A stretch of DNA of 64,000 nucleotides. It comes from Gnetum montanum (taxonomy: Eukaryota; Plantae; Gnetophyta). Positions 1-12,375 of the stretch are shown piece by piece (position 1 is the first letter of the stretch; each line of letters opens with the position of its first letter). Location of the stretch: positions 7,546-71,545 of the forward strand of contig MNCI01001491.1 in NCBI GenBank assembly GCA_015680685.1, in the 5' to 3' direction. The translations under genes were made by a program, and so were the position numbers. Below the pieces are notes generated by a model, which had not been told where the DNA came from, did not search any database, and worked only from the letters and a program-made list of their open reading frames with translations.

Positions 1-106
1 CATGTTTCTGTTTTATCCAGCATGGCCCTCGTGCGGATACAGGGTTAAAACTGTTCATCCGACAACCTCTCAGTGTTTCTAGCCACTGATGTTTTTGATC
101 GCTACA
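1..106. mobile_element. Terminus of a younger, unidentified LTR element inserted into an Athila-like RT
   Basis: CpG-retaining sequence ending ...GATCGCTACA (a TG..CA-type LTR terminus) exactly where the minus-strand RT frame ...KKGGKWK breaks off. The other end lies outside the window. Confidence 0.5.
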
Positions 107-897
107 CCTTCCACTTGCCACCTTTCTTTGGAAAAATGACTGAGGGACTGATCCATTTACTATATGCTATTAGATAGATGAATCCTTCTTTTAATAGTTT
201 CTTCAATTCTTGTTTTACCACTTCTTTAAGTTTAGGATTCAAAATTCTTTGAGGCTAGTGGTGTGGTTTGATGGCTAGATTTGTATAAATTTGGTGTTGA
301 TATATGCATGGATCAATACTTATTATTTTCATCATAGAACCATGCAAATGTTGTTGGCCATTTTTTCATCACTTCTAATAATCTTTTCTTCTATTCTTTA
401 TCAAGATTAACATTAGTAATTACTAGTTTCTTATTATTCAAAAAGACATACTCTAGTACATCCATTAGGACTTTTACTTCTAAAGGTTTTGGTTCATACT
501 TTTTTAGAATTTCTAGCTATCCCCACTTGATGTCTTCTTCTTAATGTGAGTGTACATAGGGAAATTTCTAACTTATCAACATCTTCAATATAGGCACTTA
601 TAATTTGATTGGATGGTTCCATGTACATTTTGGACTCTATCACTTTTTTAGTAATCAAGCATGGTGTTCCTTCTTATTTGGTGGTTGCTGCATATAAGCA
701 TTACTGCACACACATATCTTCTACACATTAATTATATTGGTGGTTTCCCTTGCATAACCAATGGTAGTATTAATGGTAAAGAGTTAGGAGGTTGGATTGA
801 TGAATTAGCTGTTGGTTATTTTGTGTAAGGATTGGGATCCATTCATAGAGGAGTGGGTCTATGGTATTCTAGTGGATAGTAGTAAGAGGAAGTATGG
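107..897 (-). pseudogene. Athila-like gag C-terminus and RT N-terminus remnant (protease region largely deleted)
   Basis: The minus strand reads SIDPCIYQHQIYTN...LNPKLKEVVKQELKKLLKEGFIY...WISPSVIFPKKGGKWK, homologous to element E at 45950-46560. 740-897 matches the Pro-rich gag tail at 50090-50310. Confidence 0.8.
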
Positions 898-3800
898 ATT
901 GAAGAATTTCTTAAAGATATTGGATGTTGAACATAATATCCATAAATTTATCATCGTAGAGTTTGAGAATGTCCTCCTAAACCCCAATAGCTAAAGTAGC
1001 CATCCAATTGAATCTAGTATCCTTTGTCATGAACTTCTTAAAGGTCCACCCCTACACAATGCCAATTACCTTATTTTGTGATAATAGTTTAGAAAATGTA
1101 TGAGACTTGAACAAAGGATATGATGGCTTTGCCTTAGGGTTCATGAAGCTATCCATGAAAATTCCAAAGTGATCCTCACTAGTACCAAACCACTTCAAAA
1201 CATCCTTACGATAGCCCACTTCCTTTACTATTATGGTGGAAACCTTTGCCCTATTAGTAGGGACACCAAACAAGTTACAAAAGGTGCCCTTATCAATGGG
1301 TATGATAATCAACACACCTCAAAATGTGGTGTTGAAATAATCAGTTTCTTCATCGAAGGAGTTGATGACATTTAGCATCTTTGCAATAGAAATGGAAGGG
1401 ATAGGTGCCATGAACACATCAAGCAAGCCTGCATGCTCAATGTATTTTTGGATGTATCTAAGTGCCTATCCCCTCAACCATTCCTATGCCAATATCACCT
1501 CATCAAAATTCAGGATGAGGATATCCTCATAACATCCTGAAACTAATAAGGTGACATTGACATAGTTGGAAGGTCCAGCAAGGAAACAACAAATACTTAG
1601 CATCAACGTAGGCATATCTAACAACTACATTAAAATAATACAATGCTTAATACCTTAGTAAACATAAAGAATAAGTCATTACAACCCTTGTGTTTACCTT
1701 TCTTCTTCTTGCTCAGTGTTTCTTGTGCAAAGGTCCCAACTACAAAGGTCTAATCCTTGGGCTCCATCCACCAACTATGTATCATCTTGTTGCCCAAGTA
1801 GTTCTTGTATATGGGATTAAATTCTTTGTTGTATTTATCCATAGCTTTGATTTGGGAACCTTTGGTAAATACATCTAAGATGGCTTGAGCCATTACCAAG
1901 GTTTGATCATGAATGATCAAGCCTTGCTCATTGATTTTGTACCTATAAGAAGTTTATAAAAGTAACATGTTAGAAAAGGGTACCTTAACCAACAAAGCCA
2001 AAGACATAACAATCATGCTTACCCCTATTAATGGTATATGGTGCAAGGTAGGTTCTAAAATAATATGTGGACTCTCTATGCCACCATTAGAGTATTGTCA
2101 ACATTATACTGATAGTACTCTAGCATAGTCCAAATATCCAAAAGGTAGCGTGTGCCAATAAGATTTGCAAATTCCCCTACTACTTGAGGTGGTTGATCAT
2201 TAGTGATGAACTTGGTGATTAGACTGGATGCCCGAGACATCAAGGTCTCCACTATGACAATGGACACATCTTCAAACAAGTGTGACCACAACATCACATT
2301 GAAATTTTGCAAGATGTGGGCAAGGAATTCCCTTGCCCCTGGCTGGAACCAAAAAGAGCGCCTCTCTAAGGTCATATTAGTCAAAGGGGTGTTTTCCTTA
2401 GGATGGATAATGTAGCATAATATTCCCACTAACTCAACTATGATGAGTATAGGCTTCAATAAGGCTCTACATGGAAAAGCATAAATATCATGACCAATTA
2501 GAATTTCTTGAAAAGTTTGTAAAACATCATAGTTTGGGGTGAAATTAGCCCCTATAAAAAAACTCTAAGGTGTTTATTCAAGCTTATTTAAGGATTCAAT
2601 AGAAAAATTATTACAAACTTTCATAGCCTTATAAATCATAGCCAAGGTGTTATGGCCTAGATAAAACATCAATCGACACATAACCAAATTTAAAATCAAG
2701 AAAATAGCCAATAACATGAATGTTACTGAAAATAGTAAAAATTTCTTATGACCTTAAAAACTAGATTTAGAGCATTAAAAATTTTCCTAAACATACCCTA
2801 GGTCATGTAAGTTAATAAGGAAAATCTCTAAGTATGTCAACAACAACCATCTCTAAAGGGGTAAAGTGCTACAACCAAAATTAAGCCTAATTGACATAAC
2901 CTAGATAAAAAATTTATTAAAAATTCATCATAGCTTTGATTTTGATGATTCCAACATGAATGGAATATTGAAATCATAAGAACTTCATCCATGGACATTA
3001 CAACCAGAAGCCCATAACCATTTTTACATAAAACATAGACAAAAATGGCAAAGCCATAGCCATCAACCTAAACCACCTTTTGTGCAGGGTTGGGAAATAA
3101 TTCACCAAAAATATGTTTGAGCTCCAAATTGAGTGATTCCACAACTATTGAAAATATTGAATTAATATCTATGTATCCAAGGTTAAAAAAAATTCAAAAC
3201 CTTTGCTTTTTATTCTGAAAAAATTCATTAACCTGGGTGAAAATCTGAAAAATGACACAAACCATAATTACACAACCTAATTGAAATGGTCATAACTCTA
3301 TCATATCACATCCAAATAAAATGAAGCCACACCAATTTAAAGCTTAAAAATAACTCTAAAAATCCATAACCTTATATTTTTCAAAAATTTAGCCATTTTT
3401 GTAACAAAAAATACACAACGTTTTTTGATTCTTTCATCAAAAAAGCACTAAAAAACACAAAACTTGTAAACCCTAATTTAATTTAACCATGAAGTAGAGC
3501 TAAAAAAATCAAACCATTTTAGAACAAACATAAAAAAAACCAAAATAGGAGGTGGTATTTTGTTAAAATTTCATTTTGACAAGTCCTTTAGCCTAGATCT
3601 AAGAAAAATGGCTTCATACCAAAAATTTTAGAAAAAAGCACACAAACAACAAACCTAATTTTGAAATTCAAATCAACCAAAGAAAAAATAGAAAAAAAAC
3701 CTTAGATATATGTAGAATCAGAAAAAAAATGAGGTATGATTTATTTATAATTTTGTTCTATTCCTTCCCTCAATGTAGATCTAACAAAAACAACCATATA

Positions 3801-3986
3801 CTAGCTAGAAAAAGCACAAAAATGACTAGAAATTGAAAGAAAAACAACTAGAATAATCTATCTTGGAGTGAATAAAGATGATGCTTTCATGGAGATAGGA
3901 ATAGGGAGCTTGGAGAGGTTTTTGGTAGACTCATCTACCTTCTAGATCTGTGGGTTTTGGCTCTTTCCTCCACGCTGCTTCACCAA
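898..3986 (-). pseudogene. Antisense spliced accessory gene of copy A: exons ~3862-3986, 2023-2466, 1698-1942, 898-1575 (truncated)
   Basis: The exons translate to peptides homologous to copy C exons 1-4. GT donors at 2021-2022 and 1696-1697, AG acceptors at 2467-2468 and 1943-1944, AT-rich introns. Contains stops. Confidence 0.8.
2023..2466 (-). pseudogene. FCP1/SCP (NIF-family) HAD phosphatase-like exon, copy A
   Basis: ORF 2076-2459 reads KPILIIVELVGIL...FWFQPGAREFLAHILQNFNVMLWS...LLDIW...YNVDNTLMV. This follows the FCP1-homology pattern (LDLxGxL; RPGxxEFL..F.V.vW; NTL.idD), but the DxD motif reads ELV. Confidence 0.7.
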
Positions 3987-4439
3987 GGTCACACCAATGC
4001 TGAGAAACTGTAAAATTTGGAAAGGATGGAGGTTCTACACTAGCTAAAGGAAAGATCTAATGATTCCATACTGAAGATTGATGGTTTCTATAGTAAAAAT
4101 CTCTACTAGATCTCTCCTTCAATGCACTATGTATGGGAATGATAATTTGTGATGATTTCTTACAAGATTTGATAATAAAAATCCAACCTAAACCTAAATG
4201 CGCACCTCTAAACCCCTATTGCCAATTTAGTGTACCATAACTTAAAGTGCACTAAATTGCAAGGGGGGAAGTATTTTCCACATTGACATTGGTGGGATAT
4301 AAGTTCAATTTTCAAAATTTTGAATTTTTGACAGTGGACCCCACCATAGGCCTTCCATACAATCTATTTCAAGCCTAGAAACTCTATCAATGTTGGGGTT
4401 TTGAGCCCTTGGAAACTTAGAATCATATTTAGGTCTTAA

Positions 4440-6985
4440 CCCCCAATGCATCCACATTAGGGATACCATGCCCAATGTGGATACATATCTCTCACCTTAT
4501 AAAACCCCTAGAACCTCACTTTCATACCATTTTTGACTTACCTCATTCAACCCCTAGCTCTGAAAGAGGGTTAGACCTTACCAAAACTAGACATCTTGGG
4601 TTTCCATGCTTGAAGCAATGTTTCATATCATGCAAGAAGTGGGTTAACATCCATTCTTAACCCCCAACATCCATCTAGCCTATGTTTGATCCCTAGAATG
4701 GGCCCACATGATCTAGAACCCCTCTAGTCACTTCTAGAAGCCTTGGAACCTCACCAAATCTAGTCAAAAATTCTTGAAGCCTCTAGATTTGGTGGTTTCA
4801 CATTGGGAGAGGCCTCATCTACACTAATAATCCTAGCCCTAGCATGGATGGATTGGAGGATGATAAAAACTGCCAAAATTGACTACCTACTAGCCATTTT
4901 TCAAGGCCTAACACTCCCTGACAGCCTCTAATAGTTTAGTTTAATCTTTTAACAAGTTAATTTTTCACCTATAGCTAATTTCATGCTAGTGAATCCCCCC
5001 TCCATGCTACCTAGCATGGATCCAATGTGGAAACCTATGGGGTATAGAAGAAAACCTAATTTATGACCTAAAAAACTAAATAACCTACTTTGGTAACCCC
5101 TAGACCCTACCAGAACCTTCTAGAGCTTTTGGATGTCTAAAAAGTATTTAAAAATGGCACATAACTATCATCCCCTTCTCATCCACACTAGGTTCATCAT
5201 GCCTAATGTGAAAGAAGAGGGATTTATTGCATGGGGAACGTAAGTGACTCCAAATTGGTGAATTTTGACACCAAGTATCAACCATCGACATTGATAACCC
5301 TAAAGGCTAACATGCATGGTTGATTTGCTGTCAAAGAAATCTAGATTTGACATTATTGGTTCATCCACACTAGGAGAGATCTCCTCCATGCTACCCAACA
5401 TGGAAATAGTGTGCATGCATCTAGAAAGGTTAGTGGAGAGTCCTAGATGCATGAAAACAATGTCAAATTACCTTGTACTTGCACCAAAATCGTGACAGCC
5501 CTTTTGGAAGCCACTAGAATGTTAAAAATTAAAAAAAATCAATTGCCTAAAGTTCTTCCACATTGGGGAGGATGTCATCCATGGTAAGAATCCTAGCCCC
5601 AATGTGGATGAAGGGGGTAAAGCTCAAACTATTGAAGTTTGCATAAAAATCAACTTCCAGAAGCAACCCAACCCTTCTGAAAGCCACTAGACTTCTGGAA
5701 GCTGACTAAAATAGCTTAAACTTGCACCCCTTGGATTACCCACACTAAGAAGGAAATCATCCATGTTGAGCTTCCTAGCCCTAGTGTGTATGGAGGGGGG
5801 TGAAGTCCAAAAACCACCTAACAACCCTTGAAAAGATCAAATTTTGACCATAGGCATCAAAAATTGATACTAGCAACCTTGGAGACCTACTTGCATTGCC
5901 AGAAGTGAAAAAAATAGTTGAAAATAGAGTCCCTTAGTTCTTCCATGCTAGGATATACTTCTTCCACATTGTACGACATGGAAATAGATGGGTAACTTGA
6001 GGGTGATTCAAAAATGGCTCTTAAATCCCTCAAATATACACCAGACAGCCTTGTGTGCATCCTAGGACTATGTTTTTATCTTCCAAAGCCCTTGAACCCT
6101 ATAAAAATAATTCTAAATAGCCAAAAGGTTATTCCCCTTGATCCTCCTAGCTGGATCCACATTAGGAACCCCACCCCCAGCATGGAAAAAGAGGGGCTAA
6201 GCCTAAAAAGACTTAGAAACATCCAAAACTAGCATATGTTGATCTTAAACCCTAGCCCTTGACCTTGGTAACTCTAAGGCCTAACATGCATGGTCAATTA
6301 TGATCCAAACTAGCCTATATCTAGGATTCTTAGTTCTTCCATGCTAGCGAAGGCCTCTTCCATGCTTGGTAGCTTGGAAATGGCTTTGAAGAGCTATCTT
6401 TCCACTTTTGGTGATAGATCAACACTCTTGATGACCAAAAATATACATTGCAAAAGCCTAGGACCTCATAGCCTTAAGTGTGCACTCATTCAAATTCATT
6501 TTATAATTTAAAGATTATCCACTCCCATCTTCAATGTTGGAGAAACATCCCTAGCATGGAAATAAGAAGGTGAGATCTTAGATTCCCTTATGCAACCTTC
6601 ATACATGATCAAAATTAGCCAAAAACTTGGAAAATCATGATCTATAGCCCTAAGAGCTTAGAAACCCAGTCAATGTGCTCCCAAACCATCCAAAAATCAT
6701 AGTGCAAGTGCACCCCCATTCTTCCATTCTAGGGCCACCATGCGTAGTGTAGAAAAAGTGGGGAAAGCAATTTCAACTTGTTTTGGCACTCAAACCTGAC
6801 TCAAATGACTTCAAAATGAAGCTAAGGGATGCACAACTCCCTAGTCCATCCCATTTCCTAGTCAACTACACTAACATGAAAGCCATCAAAAATGGATCAA
6901 AATAAGCATGAAAAACTATTTGGATGTTCTATCCATGCTAGGAATCGCTCCTTCTATGCTAGCTAGTGTGGAAATAAGGGGGTTC
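4440..6985. repeat. Degenerate array of inverted CCA(C/T)GCT(A/G)G ... C(C/T)AGC(A/G)TGG motif clusters, ~190 bp period (copy A)
   Basis: Clusters near 4450, 4610, 4800, 4985, 5180, 5365, 5556, 5741, 5941, 6150, 6336, 6530, 6722 and 6931, e.g. TCCATGCTACCTAGCATGGA at 5001. They are separated by A-tract-rich spacers. Confidence 0.7.
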
Positions 6986-7666
6986 CAACATTGAAGCCTT
7001 AAAACCCTTGATTTTTAGGCCCAAATAATCCTAATTGATGCCCAAACTCACCTATGACCCTTGTAACCTTAAACCATGGCCTGCTAAGGCCTAAAACTAG
7101 CAAACGCTAACACTTTTGATCTATATTAGCCAAGTTCCACTATATGTAGCCTGTTTTGCTTGATTTGGCCTTATTTCGTGATGTTTTGACTTGTTTTTGG
7201 CCTTGTGTGGCATTTTTGATCTTCTTGACCTAGTATGGCCTTTACATAGCCTGATATTTTCTTTATTCACCTCATTATAGCCTTATTTACCTCTATTTAG
7301 CCTTTGATTAGTATTAAATAGTGGGGTTTGACCTTCCCTAATCATCATTTGGCATCATATGACCATGGCTCTCTAAGGCCTTAAACAAGCATAATGGCCT
7401 ACTAAGGCCTTAAACTTGTATCATGGCTTGCTAAGGTCTAAACCTGTCAAGCTTGTGACCTATTGTGACTTTTTTGTAACCCTTCTTTAACCTTTATTCC
7501 ATTGCATTTACTCATCTCTACCTTTTTCCTATAGCATTATATGACCCCATTTGCATTTTTTTTTTGCATCATAGTAGCAAGATTTTTGCATAATTTCATA
7601 GCCTTTTATTATTATTTATTTATCTTTACTAAAGTTCCACTTAATGTGCTTATGGTTAACATGTAG

Positions 7667-10600
7667 GACTAAAGTATGAGTATCTAGAAGAAGATAAGTT
7701 TGCCTTTGTTCCTACATGGACCCCATGGTGATGTAGAATGATATATTGACCTTAATTGCTTGGATCTTAAGCCTGAGAGTCTTATTAACTATGTAGAATT
7801 GATAGACTAACCTCTAGAATGGCCTAAAATCCTAGTCAAAATCCTTGACTTAGAGGTGAAAGACATAATAGAAGAACCTCTAGTTGAGGTTTCTATCATA
7901 ACGCATAGTGGTGAGGAGAAAACACTAAAACTAAGTTCCTCACTGCAACCTAAATAGGATCAATACATTGCCAAGGCCCTACAAGGAAACATTAAGGCCT
8001 TTTCTTGATCATATGAAGATATGCCAAGTCTAGATCCACATTTGGTTTAGCACAAAATCATACTTGACCATAGCATTAGATCAATTAAGTAAAAAGCATG
8101 CAAGATTAGACCTAATTTGGCCTTAGTGGTTCATGATGAGATCTCAAAACTATATGGAGTAGGTTTCATCTGAGATATTGACTATGAAAAATGGGAGTAT
8201 CTATATTTGCATTGATTTGTGAGATCTAAATAAAGAAACTATCATGAATGACTTCCCTTTGCCTAGTATTGATAAAGTTATCGATACTACAGCCAAACAT
8301 GCCTTGTTGTCCTTTATGGATGGATTCTCGAGATACAATCAAATTAGGATCAACCTATAGCACCAACATAGCACAACCTTCATGATCCCTTGGGGTAAGT
8401 TCTACTATACTATGATGCCCTTTTTTCTTAAGAACGTGGGAGCAACCTATCAATGAGCCATGACCTATATCTTTAGCAATTACATGCTAGGTTTGCTCAG
8501 TGATTACATGGACAATATATCCATTAATTCCAAAGTGGTTGGTGATCATGCTAATGACCTAGATCTTATTCTTAAATGATTCCTTAAGTATGAGATTCGA
8601 CTCAATCCCAAGAAGTGTGCCTTCGGTATCAAGATTGGTATGGTGATGGGCTTTGTAGTATCTAAAGGAGGGATAAATATTGATCCTGATAAGGTTAGGG
8701 CCATATCAAAATTGGTAGTGCCTACCAACCTTAAGGAGCTTCAGGAATTAGAAGATAAATTACAATTTATTCATAGGTTTATTTCTAACCTTACAAATAA
8801 TTTATAGCTCATGCAACACTTACTTAAGAAAGGGGTTCACTACGAGTCAATGACTCAATGAGAAGAGGCCTTTGAAAACCTTAAGTAAGAGCTGGCATAA
8901 CTACCAATGATCTATCCTCCACAAGAGGGTAAATAATTTTACATATACCTTGCCATCTCCAACATGTCCATTGCATCTCTACTCTATCAAAAATGTGATG
9001 ATGGAGCATAGATGCTAGTCTATTATCTTTGCCATGCATTAGTTGCCCATGAGACACAATACACTAAACTGGAGAAGCATTGTCTAGCACTAGTATTCTC
9101 ATTGAAGAAGTGGAGACACTACCTCTTCAAAAGCCAAGTCAATGTCATTTTCAAAGATAATGTACTCAGAGCCATAATGACCAACATCTATGAAAGTAGC
9201 TGTATAGTCTGATGGAAAGCCATAATCATAGAGTTTGACCTTCATTATGTCTCTCAATCCTCAATGAAAGGTTAAGTTATAGCCATACAACTCATAGTAT
9301 CACCTATTGATGACCAAGAAGCCATAGATCTTGATTTTTCTAATGAGCACATTAACACCATTAGCCAAGTACCTGAGGATTATGAGGCATTCATGTACTT
9401 TGATTAAGCTTCAACTACCCATGGGGCCAGTGCCGCTATCATCATAGTATTCCCATCTAGTGAAATCCGATTCTTTGCCTATCATTTTCATTTTTCATGT
9501 ACCAAAAACATAGCAAAATATGATGGTTTGATCAGAGGGATGATGGTAGCTCATGACCTAGGAATCAAGTGATTAATGATTAAAGGTGATTACAAACTTG
9601 TGGTTATCCAAATGATTGAGGTCTATGCATGTAAATCCACACACTTACAACTTTACTATGACCTAGGGAAGAAATTATTATAATCATTTATAGATGTTGA
9701 TATCCAAAAAATATTCCAAAATGAGAATGCTATAGCTAATGTAATTGCAAAACTGGCCCTTAGTGTGATGCTAGATGTGTTTAGCAAGTTATCCACCTTA
9801 ACTGTTTATTGTGCTATCCCCATTACAAAAAATTCTAAGGATACCTTTGTGGCTATAGTTCATACTGCTCTTGCTAGGAAGTGGTATGATGATGTAAAAT
9901 TTTAACTTATGCATGATGAATCCTCACAAGGCCTCACTACTACTCAAAAGGACATTGTATGAAAATGGTTGAAGGAGTATGTCATCGTAGGAAATAATGC
10001 ATTATCTTGATGGTCGTATGATGGCATATTTTGAAAGTGCCTAGGTAAAATCAAAGCTAGAATTGTTTGTGGAGGATATATAGAACCTAGAGCTATGTCC
10101 ACTAAGATTAAATAGTTAGGCTATTACTAGCCCCATATAGAAAGCGGTTGCCAAAAGAAGGTTAAGCGCTATGACACGTGCCAAAAACATAGTAACTTGA
10201 TACATGTACCTTCAACTGAGTTGCATACCACTCAAATAACATCGTTGTGTTAGCAAGGGGGATTGGATATCATTAGACCTATAATACCTAAGTATTCTAC
10301 AAGTCATAGCTTCATCATCATCATAGCTGAATACTTTATTAAATGGGTTGAATATATTTCCTAAGAAGGAAAACATCTGAGCAAGTTTATAAATTTATCT
10401 TGGATAACAATGTAGCCCATTTTGGCATATCCATGATCATGGTTACAAATAATGGACCATAATTTAGTAGCCAAGAAATAAATATTTCTGTCACAACCTA
10501 GGTATTAAGCATTCTTTCTCATCACCTTATTACCCTCAAGCTAATGGACAAGTAGAAGCAAGCAACAAGGCCATCATCAACTTTCTCAAGAAGATGCTCA

Positions 10601-11095
10601 ATAACAACAAGCATAAATGGCATAAGTTCTTTGTCCATGCAATTTAGGCCTATCATATAGCTTACCATACGACAAATGGTGTAACACCTTATAGCTTGAT
10701 TTATGATTCTAAAGTTGTTTTACCTCTTGAATTGCATGTACCATCACTTTAGGTGATCCTGACTAACTTCATTAATGAAAAACAAAGAAAGGAATTGCAA
10801 AAAATAGACCTAGACTTAATGAAGGAGAAATGTATGCAAGCACTTACTCACATTGAGCACTATCAAAAAAAGTAGAAATGGAAACACCACCATAACTTGA
10901 CCAAGCATAAGATCAAGGAAGGTGACTTGGTCCTCAAAGCTACCTACTAGTATGTGGTAAAATTCTAAACCAACTGAAAAAGGTTCTTTGTTATCATCAA
11001 AGCCTATGACAATAAAGCATTCAGGATCACAGACATGGATGGGAATGAGTTGTCCAATCTAGTCAACCATTCCTATCTAAACCTTAGTACATGTG
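7667..11095 (+). pseudogene. pol: pol pseudogene RT-RNaseH-aRH-integrase, copy A
   Basis: RT: DGFSRYNQI, MPFxLKNxGATYQ, DYMDN. RH: ETQYTKLEKHCLALVF. aRH at ~9390-9770: MYFD*AS, CTKNIAKYDGLI, IKGDYKLV. Integrase: GYY*P..CQKH, GLDII, YYPQANGQVEASNK. Many stops and frameshifts. It begins right after a polypyrimidine tract and TAG acceptor at 7665-7666. Confidence 0.95.
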
Positions 11096-11154
11096 ACCCA
11101 CATGTAACCTACAGCAACCATGACATCAACAACCATCAACAAGTGAACCTGCTT

Positions 11155-11597
11155 CATTATGGCCTACTAAGATCTTAAATTGGCAATACAACCTACCAAG
11201 GCATTAAACTAGTAAAATGTCCTGCTAGGGTCTAAAACTGGTGAAGCCTCAACTTTCCAAGATCTTAAACCAATGCCATGGTATGCTATGATCTTAAAAT
11301 GGCACCACGGCCTACCAAGGCCCTAAACTAGTACCATTGCCTACCACAACCTTAAACTAGCAACATTGGTGATTGGGTAACTTGTTTTATCATTCTAGTT
11401 GGCTTGTATGCATTGTAATGTTATAACATGCTCATCACCATGGTTTGCTATGATCTTAAAATGGCATCACAACCTACCAAAGTCCTAAACTAGTACCATT
11501 GCCTATCACAACCTTAAACTAGTAACATTGATGACCTGGGTAGCTTGGTTTTATCATTTTAGTTGGATTGTATGCATTTTAATATTATAACATGCTC
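11155..11597 (+). repeat. 3'-UTR ~29-bp tandem repeats plus a ~160-bp tandem duplication
   Basis: GGCCTACYAAGGCCTTAAACTAGCA-like units. 11277-11435 is duplicated at ~11439-11597. Confidence 0.8.
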
Positions 11598-12361
11598 TAT
11601 TCTCTTGGTTTTCTTATCCTCTTGAAGTTTCATTTGCAAGATGAAGCCTAGAGCTATCGCAAAGGTGCAACTCATTATGGTAGCAAGTCACTGCATGAAC
11701 TCAATGTCCAAGATTTGGTGAACCTTTCCTATTGTGTTGAGAGTGCCTATACCATTGCCCTCCATCTAGTACCACTCATTGAGCCCAATCCTATAGCTTG
11801 ATTATAAGCTTCCATACCGTGGAAAATGATGTCGACCTACGGTTGTCACTCATGCACTATGGCCATATGACATCTCTTCATCATGCTCCACCCTCAAGTC
11901 CACTTGAATGTAACATAACTCATTCAATGGAAAATCACTAAGTCCATCAAACATAACATGTCTCATTCGATAGGAGAACCACCAAGTCTATTGAGTGTAA
12001 CACAACTCACTCAATGGAAAAAAAAAATTAACTAGCCTTGGAAAAGAAACCCAAATGAAGGTTTCACCCCACAAAAGAAGGGGGAAAGCAAACTGCCAAG
12101 AAGATGGATGGCCAATGAAACCTCAAAGCATAATGATCAAGAAAATCTTGGAGTGAAGTGATCAAGTCCTCAAATGCATTTGTTGATTGACCAACACTTC
12201 AAGATGTATTGATTTCATGCTATAGCCATGATGTCAACACTTGGAATGCATGGTTATCCTCCATGATCATCTCCCTAATAACCATTATTTTCATCTCATC
12301 ATAGCCTCATCCCATCATCACAAGCACTCTTTGACATGGTTCAACATGACTAGATCAAGCA

Positions 12362-12375
12362 TGGAGAGAGAACAT
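12362..12375 (+). promoter_or_regulatory. Polypurine tract of copy A
   Basis: TGGAGAGAGAACAT immediately before the LTR start. Equivalent to AAGGGGGAACAC at 34024-34035. Confidence 0.6.
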
